Shown: positions 39,927 to 50,578 of the stretch, piece by piece
Position numbering within the stretch: position 1 is the stretch's first letter
Layout: every line of letters begins with the position of its first letter
NCBI GenBank assembly: GCA_038496445.1
Contig: JALMLS010000376.1
Location: 248,001 to 312,000 of the forward strand
From: Trichosphaerium sp. ATCC 40318
Lineage: Eukaryota > Protista > Tubulinea
Direction of reading: 5' to 3'
Length of the DNA stretch: 64,000 bases
The notes under the pieces: model-generated
The model's input: the letters and a program-made list of their open reading frames with translations, nothing else
The model's database searches: none
What the model was told of the DNA's origin: nothing
Translations under genes and position numbers: made by a program

Positions 39927-41045
39927 ATGCGCAACCACGTACGCGAAAAAGACATTGGTTTGTCATCAACTCATTAAATTGTGTATAACTTGCAATGCCT
40001 AACACACAATTCTGTTTAGCAAATCATACTAGCTGCGCTATTCTTTACGACTGTGTTGTGTACAGAGCCGTTTATTGGGGAAATAAAGATGTTTGCAGGC
40101 AATTTCGCACCACGCGGATGGGCTTTTTGTGAGGGACAACTACTACGTACGCACCAACAAGCCTTTATTTCCAGTTCTAGTTGCAAAAACAAATATTGAT
40201 ATTCTTTACAAGCTATCAGCCAAAATACGGCTCTATTCTCACTCATTGGTACTATATATGGTGGTGATGGTCGTACAACTTTTGCGTACGCGATTAAAAC
40301 TGTTTGTTAAATTTCAGCTTATGAGATCACAAGCCTTCCGAACCTCAAACATCGTTCTCCTGTAGGATTTGGCCATGGTCCAGGTACATAAAGTAAAGTT
40401 TGTGAATCAGCGTTAACATTATCAAAAACAGGCCTATCGAACTACAATATTGGTCAACAACGGGGACAGGTAGTTAGCAGTATCGCTGCCCATACCCATG
40501 GGTTTACCGGTAATACCGCTACAGTAAATACCACGACAACAGTAGTGGCGAATGGCACTGCTGGTGTTACACTCTCAGGTTCAACTACGCATACTGTTAG
40601 TGCCACAGTTACCCGCGAAACAACAGTTTCTACAAAAGCGCCTGAAAGTACCCCTCCATGCGTATCTGGCTCAGAATTTAACTTGGTGCGGACCCTTGAT
40701 ACTTGTCAGAGCGGTGCATGCCCAACGCCTATTATAACCGACCATACCCTTTCAACAGCAAATGTTACCTATGATTTGCAAGGCGCAGTCAACCTGACAA
40801 CTGTTGCTGCAACAGCAGGTTAGTGATAATGTTTCATTTTTTTTTTTGTCTTTTTTTTGTGTTTTGTGAATGCTTTGTCGCTTTTTCTTAATGTTGTTTG
40901 TGATTTAGGTACCCTTACTGGTAATACTACTGTTACGGTTACTGGTACAACAGAGCAAACTACTGCTAGCGGTGATAATTTTCACCCAATTCTTGGTATT
41001 AACTACATTATTTCTCTGTTTGGAATCTTTCCATCAAGAAGTTGA
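39927..41045 (+). CDS. Secreted phage tail-collar domain / MdpB-like fibre protein, copy 2 (5 introns)
   Basis: Spliced product MRNHQIILAALFFTTVLCTEPFIGEIKMFAGNFAPRGWAFCEGQLLPISQNTALFSLIGTIYGGDGRTTFALPNLKHRSPVGFGHGPGLSNYNIGQQRG..AHTH...DNFHPILGINYIISLFGIFPSRS. Confidence 0.92.
40016..40295 (+). repeat. 280-nt dispersed repeat, partner of 14618-14897
   Basis: Manual alignment; mismatches at 40026, 40050, 40140, 40227 and 40245. Confidence 0.95.
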
Positions 41046-41518
41046 GTACATTTCATGCATTTTGTTTTTTAGAAAGTACTCAAACAATAAACCGTTACGT
41101 TTTCAACTTGTTGTTGGTGACACTTATTCTTTTTTCATTTTTATGTGTTATGCTCATATAGTTTGGCATGTCTTAACTACGTTGCATTTTGGCACTTATT
41201 GCGCTGTTTGGTAGACTAAACACTAGCCGGTTTAGTTTGAGGGTTGAATTCACAATTTTTGTTGACAGTTACCTTTCACGCATCCAGTTAGACCTATTAC
41301 ATTATATTTACTGTTGCTGGTGTTGTTTAGAAAGGTGTCTTTTAGAAGATGTATTTAAAGTCCATGCAAAGTGACAAACAGATTTTTATCACGTAGTAAA
41401 ACAGTACATAGTTTTATTATGGTTACACGAAGTTCAATGGATCGAGTTTGAAGAAAAGAAATTCAAATGTTAACAGTAAACCTTTCACCACTAAAGATTT
41501 TTTGTTGACTATCTAACA

Positions 41519-42406
41519 TTAAGGGACATAATCTCCGTCTTCCTCATCTGCTGTTTTCTTTTTTCTTCTTTTTTTGGAACGCATCTTCTTTGGCTTGCCT
41601 GTGACACCACAACTGCTCATATGTGGTGGATAGCAACAGAACTCTGCTATCATCAACTTTAATTCCGGAGGCAAAATATCTGGTAGAGACACAAGGCAGA
41701 TAGCATTCGATATACGCTTCATGTACTCATTTCTAATCTGCCAGCGCTTGATCCAACATTTTGTGTATTTAGGCGTTATGTGGTCTTGCGTATAGAACTG
41801 GTTTGCTGTCAGCCACCCTCTAGATCCTTCAAGGTTATCTTCAAGCCAGAAATAGCCATCTGGAAATTGCTTCAAATCAGCATGTGTATGCTCGCAAGGC
41901 CAAGAACAGTTCGTGCTAATTATCTTTGGATCAATTAGACGCTGTGAAATCTCAGTTCGAAGGAAGTGGTCACTTGGCAACATTTGGGAGTGGCGCCAAA
42001 CGTAGTATCCGTCTGAATTGGAGTAGTACCCCTCGGGTGCGTCACCAAATAATGGAGGAATACCGTAACCCATCTCTTCTATTGTTTTCCAAATGTAAAA
42101 TTCGTTTGCTGTCGAAGAGATCATTTCTAGCACGTAGAACCCACATCCACGGTAATTTGCGCCTGTTTCGACGATATCGCCGTGTCTCATTTCTTTTCGT
42201 ACTGAGTCAGGTAGCGTAGGCGCAATATCTGTCAGTGTAGTGTACGGAGCGAGTAAAGGCTCCTCTCTAATACCATCACCGCAGTGTTCGCTAATGTCAA
42301 AAACAGACGCATGCTTCGATCTGTAGCCCCAAGGCCAGGTGGCTAGCCGTAGAGTGGAAGTAACACATGTAGACTTATCGATGGAATCGCCTCTACGCCG
42401 TTTCAT
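41519..42406 (-). CDS. Intronless hypothetical protein (about 295 aa) with basic NLS-like ends
   Basis: Single uninterrupted ORF in an otherwise intron-dense window; aromatic-rich globular core (RHGDIVETGANYRGCGFYVL..MGYGIPPLFGDAPEGYY); C-terminal LPDILPPELKLMIAEFC and KKRRKKK. Confidence 0.8.
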   Translation of the reverse strand: MKRRRGDSIDKSTCVTSTLRLATWPWGYRSKHASVFDISEHCGDGIREEPLLAPYTTLTDIAPTLPDSVRKEMRHGDIVETGANYRGCGFYVLEMISSTANEFYIWKTIEEMGYGIPPLFGDAPEGYYSNSDGYYVWRHSQMLPSDHFLRTEISQRLIDPKIISTNCSWPCEHTHADLKQFPDGYFWLEDNLEGSRGWLTANQFYTQDHITPKYTKCWIKRWQIRNEYMKRISNAICLVSLPDILPPELKLMIAEFCCYPPHMSSCGVTGKPKKMRSKKRRKKKTADEEDGDYVP

Positions 42407-42619
42407 AGTGAATGGATGAGTAAAAATCAACTTTTTTGGATTATGTTCCACATATTTTCCTTTTCCAGGAAGAGCGCAAACAAAAAACTATTTGGCGAGT
42501 AAGTTACTGTTTAACTGTATACATTACTCTTATGTATTGCGAAAAAGTTGATGTGATAGAAACATCTACTGTACAAAGTATGTTTATTTTTTTCAAAAAA
42601 TTCTTTAGACTTGCTTATC

Positions 42620-45600
42620 TCAATGGGATTTCCGTGTCTTCTAATATTGATTTAGTTTGTTGGCCGTATTACGTTTATGGTATTGCTTTCACGAACCCAT
42701 TTTTGGCCCAGCGCATATAGCTTCCCACTTCCACACGAGGATGGAGAACACAATGATAACTTTTAATAAAAGTAAGTACTCAAAACTCAAAACAAAGAAG
42801 TGTTTCTAAAAACATTCATACCAAGTACAATGGCAACTACGAGTCCTACTATTAGTCCAGTATTTGTACCACTTCCTTCACGTTCTTGTGCTAAAAATAA
42901 AAGCGTTAGTACTTCGTACACAGTCAGTAAATGATCTTACAAATAGGACCCATTGTAACTGCAGGAACGGTGAATACAGGGGAAAGTGTTGGTTCAACTG
43001 TTTCTGTAGGTGTTACTGTTACGGGTGCCACAGGCATTTCAGTTGGTGTCACAGGAATAGATGGATCCATAGTTGGCATTGTTGTAGGATGAGGTGTTGC
43101 TAAAGGATCAAACAACGGAACTACCAATATTAGTGCACCAATACATATAAGTACGTGGTTGCTTTTTACCTCCAATTACTGCAGCATTACTGAGCAGCGT
43201 TTTGGTGCCTTCAGATGCAGCAGAAAGGCCATTGGACCAAGGGAATCCTAAAAGTATAACACCAGGACCTACAAGTATAACTGGTTCTCCTGTAGGTGCG
43301 GCATTGCCTAAACATAAAGTAAAGAAATGGCATAACAAGCTTTAAAAAACTACCAACAAAGCTTGACGTACCAACTTCAATGAGATCAGATCTGTCTTCT
43401 CTTTTTTGCGTTGAGATGTCAAATGCAATCAAACTACTTGTGCGCAATCTAGATGGTAACTAACATTAAGAAACGATCAAATATTCTTTCATGAAGAAAA
43501 CTTACCCGTCTTCTAGGACGGAAGGCACGTTCGCAGTGAGTGTAGGGAATACTGTTGTTTGTAGACTTATCCCAGTTGTTCCTTTTAAAAGTCAAAATAA
43601 TCATTCTTGCACGTGTTATAACACGTGATGGTTGACATATCAAATATTTATTTAATGCACCTGTGATACGCTTTGCAGTTACACCGAATAAGTTTTGAGC
43701 AGCCCATATATTTCCATCGCCTTCAGTTACTAGTTTTCCACCAGCAATCACCCTACAGTTAAAACTCGTGTTTAGCTACAAGTTAAGTTCTAAAGTTTTT
43801 ATTTGTTCTGTACCATTTGAGTAAGGCTTCAGAACCAGCCTCGGTCAAGAGGATTGCTACATCAACGTTTGTAAAGTCAGTAGGATTACGAAGGATCGTA
43901 TGACCGCTTTGGTTATACAATGCTTCTAAATCGCTGCTTTCACCAAACATAGCAATATTTTGTCGCAAATCAGGTGCTATACCAAAGTAGTTAGAAGACG
44001 AACAAAACAAGAAAAAGCCGAAACTTTCGGCTGGGAGCTTACCAAGGGTTGGTTCACTAAAATAACAGTTAGACAGCTTTTACAGGTTTTAAATAGGTTA
44101 CTTACTTTGTTGGGGCCATCGGTACACCTGGTACTGTTGGTGTGAGTGTGGTTGGAGGCCTTGTTGTGGGTGGTTGAGTTGTTGGCGGCAAGGTAGGTGG
44201 TGCTGTCGGTGCAATGGTTGTTGGTGTTACTGGAGCCACTGTGCTTGGTGGAGGAGGCACGTATGCATTTATGGTCAAACTAGGTTTGACATGCGATTGA
44301 AGAGATACACTTCTATTCACAGTATTAACAACATAGTTGCAAATAGTAATAGAAAATTACCTCCTGCCAAGTATGCCTAAAGAATTGTCAATGTTAACGA
44401 ATAGATAGTATACTTACCTTGGAATACAAGTACTATAGGATCGCCAGGTAGCCTGCATTGAAAATTTAGAAGACAAACCTGTTAGAGTATGTTTATTATT
44501 GTACCATCCGTCTACTTCATTTATGACTTCTTGGATGACTGATCCAATATTCGGCGTATCATACTCTCTACCTGCTGTCCATGTCGATCTTGTATCCCAT
44601 ACGACTCGCGCGTCGGTCAATGGAGAAAGAGATGATACAGCAGCCGAGCTCTAGATACTGATGTCACGTTTTTATCACTGATAATTTTATGGGAAAGACA
44701 CGTACGCCACATATTTTGTTAGGAGAATTAAAAGTCTACAAAGAAATAAGGTTTAGGAGATTTTTGGAGTTTCTTGTTCTTACCTTGTGTGCTCTTATCA
44801 ATATACTCATACCACCCGTAAGATCTTGACTTGCAACAAAAGTTACGAAAGCATCTCCAATATTGATACCTGTTGACAAGTTACAATTCGTTTTATGTTG
44901 AAAAATAAATAACACAAAAAAAATATAGAGCGAGATATTGTTCTTACCATCTTCAGCATCAATACCAAAGAACGTAATCGAAACAAGTTGTAAATCATTA
45001 CTACCATCATCTAAAGTACCAATAGAAACTTCACTTGCTGGGCAAGTAGATGCCAATTCAAGAGATTAGTCGAATGTACAAAAAATAAAATAAAATGTGC
45101 AAATAAAATTGGAACGTACTGTTGTACGCCTATTTTCCGAAATGATATTATTTCCCTCCGTAATGAACGCAGTGACGGTAAACCAGATACTAATATCTCC
45201 ATTAAAGAATATTTCATTTCAAAAAAGGGATGTACACGTACAATATTTCTGTCCCTTTAACGCCCTCCGCATCTGGCTCACTAAAAGGAGTGACTCTCAT
45301 CGTATGATGCCCTTTGTTAGTAAAGATTAATCACGTGATTGAGATTTTTCCGTTGCTTACCAACAGTTGGCGTCCATGACTCTATTTCGCCATTCGGAAA
45401 GTCACCACGTATGTAATATGGAGCAGTATTCTCTAGCCTGTACACCAGAAGTTCAAAAAGAATCCTTTGAAGTGTTTATATTTACGTACTTGAAAAATTG
45501 ATCTCTATCTATACCAAACAGTACACTTACGCCTGGGTCATCGTTTACCAAGTTTGCGCGCACGCTTAGGTCTAATCCTGTGATACGAAGGTTTATGACA

Positions 45601-45818
45601 GAGTTACGCTCCAGGGGCACTACACAGCAAGTTTAGTGACTGATATACGTCTGAAGCATACTTATGACCTCTCCTGTTTGCGCATTAATAAGATCAAGAG
45701 ATCTTATGCCGGGCACTTGGCAATTAGCGAACTAACACGTGTTTAGATGGTATATTATAAGAACACGTACTTGTGCTATTAAAACTAACGTTACGCATAT
45801 AAAATGCAATCTCGGCAT
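42620..45818 (-). CDS. Type I membrane cell-surface protein with several beta-rich domains and Pro/Thr linkers
   Basis: Signal peptide MPRLHFICVTLVLIA; domain with SVLFGID..ENTAPYYIRGD..WTPTVG; domain with ARVVW..WTAGREYDTPNIGSVIQEVI..W; PT-rich linkers; TM segment GLIVGLVVAIVLVIIVFSILVW. The 3' end is approximate. Confidence 0.8.
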
Positions 45819-45997
45819 GACAAGGGTTACGCTTTTAAAGAATTCGGAGCGAGATCCGTGTTTTATCTGCTTCCAAAGCGTTGACACATTGACTTAAAAC
45901 CGATAAGGAAGGGTTCGGTACGTTTTTTTTTTATTTGTCGGAGGATTGTGGGGTTGCTTGAATGTACAATAGTTAGGTGAGGGTAATCTTTTTAGAG

Positions 45998-47396
45998 TCA
46001 GCTCGGTTTTAATGTTCCAATCTTTGTCATGTCCTCAGGTGATAGTTTAAAATCAAAAATGTCCAAGTTTGATGCTATGTGGTGTTCAGAGTTAGAACGC
46101 GGAATAACTGCGATCCCGCGTTGTACAAGCCACCTAAATACGTCAGTTAGGTGAAGTATAGACACTTACAAGTTGTACCGTAGGACTACTTGAGCTACTT
46201 GTTTATTGTATTTAATAGCAAGTTGTTGCAGCAGTGGATTTGTAAGTACAGGATTTTCTTTCTTTCCACGAGCAAGCCATTGTGTTCCAAGGCTAGAGTA
46301 GGCTTGTAATACTATATTATTCTCCTTGCATATATTATGCAAGTCTTTGGCTTGGTTAAGTGGATCTATCCAGGTCTACAATAAGATATTACAAAGTAAA
46401 GACATCTGGTTTATATCTTTACCTGAAATACATGTGGCTTTATCTTTGCAAAACTGATTAACTCACGTAATTGACTAGGCGAAAAATTTGATACTCCTGT
46501 AAGCAATCAACGTGTAAGGTTCATAGAGCACTTGTTTCTTCAACACAAAGAAAAGGGTTAAAAACTTCATCTGACGTACCGATAGCTCTTACTTTTTTCT
46601 GCTTGTAGAGATCCTCCATGACACGCCAGCTGTCTTTCCAGGTGCCTAAAGAACCATCGTCAATTTATAGCATAAATTATTTCCAATGATACCTTGTGGT
46701 TTCCCTTTACATCCGGATAACCAATCTCCACATTCTGGAAAATGTATCAAGTATAAATCTATGTAATCTGTTTGGAGGTTTTCTAAAGATGTCTCAAAGC
46801 TCTTTTTAGCTGCAGTGCTACCATGGTCAGCCGGGTGAAGCTTTAAAACGGTTAGCAAAAACCATTAGTTGCATTGCAAACAAAACGTGCCTTTGTAGTA
46901 ATGAACAGCTTTCTTCTCGCGTTGGCGTCTTGTAAGATAGCGCCTAACGGTTTTTCACTCCGATACCATGGTCCGGTATAACTTGCAGAATCAAATAGCT
47001 TGTAGCCTGTCCTTGGGCGTTAACAACGTTTTGAGTAAGTTTGTACCTTTGTCAAGTGCCATCCTTAACGCTCCTAGTCAAAATTAACTGTGAGTGTGCC
47101 AGACGCGCGTACCAGCTGGATCTCGTAGAGCAGCCGTGCCAAAGCCAACTAATGGCACTAACATTGTTATTTATTTGTGTGAATGAGTCTATTGTACTCT
47201 TAACGTGATTGTGTAGGACAACAGAGCGTTTGACACCAGAATGAGCGTTAATGACGATGCTTGGTTTTTGGCTCAGCGTAAAAGTAAGCAAGCCAATTAA
47301 CCATACGGAAATCAGTATCTACTACGTTAGTACAGTAAACAAATTGTAAAAAAAACGTACAATGCCAAACAGCATACAAACCGATTCAGTTTTCAT
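45998..47396 (-). CDS. Aldo-keto reductase with N-terminal signal/TM segment
   Basis: PLVGFGT, GYKLFDSA, FITTKLHP, SLENLQTDYIDLYLIHFP, GVSNFS and VIPRS. Confidence 0.95.
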
Positions 47397-47497
47397 TGTT
47401 CTAGCACTGTTGTAATATCATTCAAATAGTGCATAAACGTGTTAGGAAGCATTACGACTTAAACCAGATTTAAATAATTTTCAAAAAAACGGCGGCA

Positions 47498-48903
47498 ATG
47501 GCAAATAAACGAAAGAGAAAACTTGACGCGATACTGGTATGATAATACGTTGAGGTTAAATGATTTTCGGTTAGGAAGAAACAAAATGTGACGCAGACGG
47601 TGGAAATGCAGATAGTAATGCGTACCAGGGCAATTTACTGACAGACGACGATTTTGCGCGGCCAGCCAAACGCAAACGGGTAATTACATTTTTTTTGACA
47701 CATCATACGGTTTATCTACGCGTGTACTGACTGTAGAGTAGGCTATACTACCACTGATCGCTGAAAATTTTACACCTGACCCAAAGGAAGAGTACATGCT
47801 TGGTATTGACGAAGCTGGTAGAGGCCCAGTATTAGGTAGTATTTAGCAATAACCCAGACGTCATGACGTATTTAGTAATCATGTTTGTAGGTGACATGGT
47901 CTACGGTGCAGCGTGGTGCCCTGTGCGATTCTTGAAACCTTTAAAAGCGCTTGGTGTTGTTGGTAAGTCATTATTGCAGGCTGGAATTCGTGTAAAAATT
48001 AATCAAAAAAATCTGTTAGACTCGAAACAACTCAAGACTGAAGCATCAAGAGAAAGAATTTTTGAAAGAATTCGTATTGCTGATAATATCAACTTGGGAT
48101 GGAAGGTTACACTTATCACACCAGAAGAAATATCAGCAAATATGTTACGGCTGTACGAGACACTTGTATCTTTTTTTTTTTCATGTTAACTTTTTTTTCA
48201 AGGAGTAAAGTTAACCTTAACGTAATGTCTCATAATGCTGCTATTGATCTTATACAATATGCCTTAGACCAAGGTGTTAATGTTAAGCATGTTTATGTCG
48301 ATACTGTAGGAAAACCATCAAAGTATCAAGCGAAGTTAAAGAGGATATTTCCAAAGATAAATATCACTGTTGAAAAAAAAGCAGATGACACTTACCCTAT
48401 AGTTTCTGCTGCGAGTATATGTGCAAAAGTACTAAAAACTAAGTAATAACGAACTATTTCAACGTGTTATATTAGGTTATAAGAGATCACTCTCTAGCTG
48501 ATTGGGTCTTTAAAGAAAACAAGATAACAGCAACAAGACACTTTGGATCAGGATATACTTCTGGTTTGTTTTTTTGTTTTTTGAGCTCGTGATTGTTTAC
48601 CTTGGTTTTGACTTGCTCTCATAGACCCTAACACAAAATTGTGGCTACAGAATAATATTGATAAGGTATTCGGGTTCCCTTCCGTCATGCGGTTTGGGTG
48701 GAGCACTTGTAAAAAAATTCTTGCAAAAAGTTGTATCAAAGCTGAATGGTTAGTGTAGTTCGTAAGTTATACATTCGTGTATTAACATTTTTGCCAGGCC
48801 AGATGAGGATGCGGTTGGCGGAGGACAAACTAAACTTGAATTTGGCGCTAAGCGTTACCGCTATTTTGAAGGAGCGAAATTGCAAATCGTAAAGGATTTC
48901 TGA
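47498..48903 (+). CDS. RNASEH2A: Ribonuclease H2 catalytic subunit A
   Basis: [43 protein letters not shown] and GSGYTSDP. Confidence 0.95.
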
Positions 48904-49132
48904 ATTTTGTAACTTTTCGTTTTTGTTTACGAAATAAAATTGTATCTTGGTTCGAAGCCACGTGGTCACTTAATTGTTTTTTTATTTTTTTCGCATTTAA
49001 GTACTTGTATTACTCATTGATAGCTTCGTATTTAGAAACGTATAAAGTGATGTGGTTAAGTGTCTTTGTTATTAAGCTAGATCATTACACACGTCACATA
49101 TATTACAATACCACGTGAAGGACGTCATTAAA

Positions 49133-50340
49133 TGGTCGTATACACGCGTATGCATTAAAAATTGTATAAAAGATTCTTAATCTCCGTTCAGGGTTTTTTT
49201 TTCTGTGCCTGTGCGCTATACTGTCGACGAATGCGGCAATGGTAACGAAATAGTTAACTTTTAAGTTGCTTATTCTCACTAGACGATTAAATTACACCAA
49301 GGTGCTCAGGAGTGTTACTACGAGGATGTTAAGCGAGGAGCAGCTATTGAATTTGGATGGTACGAAGCAAGTCACGTGTCACCAAGATTTACCTTTTTTT
49401 TTCTTTTAAGGTCTATTATATCTGGCGGCGCCAGAACTATTGTTGTTAGGGTTAGAATACCATTGTTCTTCGAGGTTGTGATTGACGAAGATTAGATTAT
49501 GAAAGGAAGGGAAGTTATACAGAATCAGCAGTACCTTGAAGGAAGGTAAAGTATTGGAGTAGTTGTAAAGTTGGTTTTCTGATTGGTCTTAGAGACAAGT
49601 CTTTTTATAGCACTGTTGCTGATAAAGATGTCTCGTACGCTTTCTGTTTTGATAATCGTCGAGGAGGGTATAGTACTTGATTGCAAGGAATGTATCTAAG
49701 AGCGTATAGAGCTACACCAAAGAAGCTACTGGTTAATTTAGAAACAACACATCCTTTCAAAAGAGACAAGCTGCTACCTGGTAAGTCGAAGTTATATTTT
49801 TTGAACCTAACAATGGTGATCAGAGGATATTGATATGCTACAGAAAACGATAATACATGTTGAAAGGTATGTATATTAGTTGACGAGTTACAACACGTGA
49901 TAAACATTTGTTACAAAAAGGGACATTCATAACCTCCAGAACTTAATAGCACATCACTCTGCACGGTTTCAACGTCATGATATTGGTACGAATAAGTCCT
50001 TTATACGGTTATACAATATTAACTCTTTGGATAGAAGCCAAGAATACAAATGGACAGGTTCGCATTTTTTTTCAAGAATATCTTGAATTGCAATATTGTA
50101 TGATACTTACATTGGATTTATTAGATTCTATTTTGGTCTCTGGCAGAATTTTTTACTTTAGTTTTTATTACTGCTGCTCAGGTATATTTTTTGCGTTGTA
50201 CAATATAAAATCAATGGATGCAACGACGGTTGTTTTTTTGTTATTGGTATTTCAAACTTTCACAAACAAAGATGGTTGTAAAAAACAAGTTTTTGATTGT
50301 TTCGATTTATAGTATTTGTGCTGGACTTTTGAAGAAAAAA
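49133..50340 (+). CDS. p24/emp24/gp25L (TMED) cargo receptor
   Basis: Signal-like FFFLCLCAILSTNA; GOLD-domain motifs ECYYEDV and YAFCFDN; coiled coil; TM FWSLAEFFTLVFITAAQVYFLR. Both ends are approximate. Confidence 0.85.
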
Positions 50341-50578
50341 GATATTGTAGACGGTACTGTTGTGTTGCACCACAGTGGGGGCAGTATATAACTCTACTGC
50401 CGTCAACAATACAGTCTATGAAAAAATGCATTTATTGGATACTGAGAAGTGTTACAACATCTATTTTTCTTTGAATAAGATTTAGAATCTCAAAAGATTG
50501 TCTGGTGGCCCTTAAGCAATCAATGAACAAATAAACGCTCAAATAAGTCTAAAAGTACAATTTATTTACAATGATATT

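Noticed and set aside
40016-40295. Diversity-generating retroelement (TR/VR pair), because all five mismatches between the collar repeats involve an adenine in one copy
   Set aside because: There is no reverse transcriptase in the window. One mismatch has the A in the other copy, the A-rich intron is unchanged, and the repeat covers the conserved N-terminus rather than a variable C-terminus.
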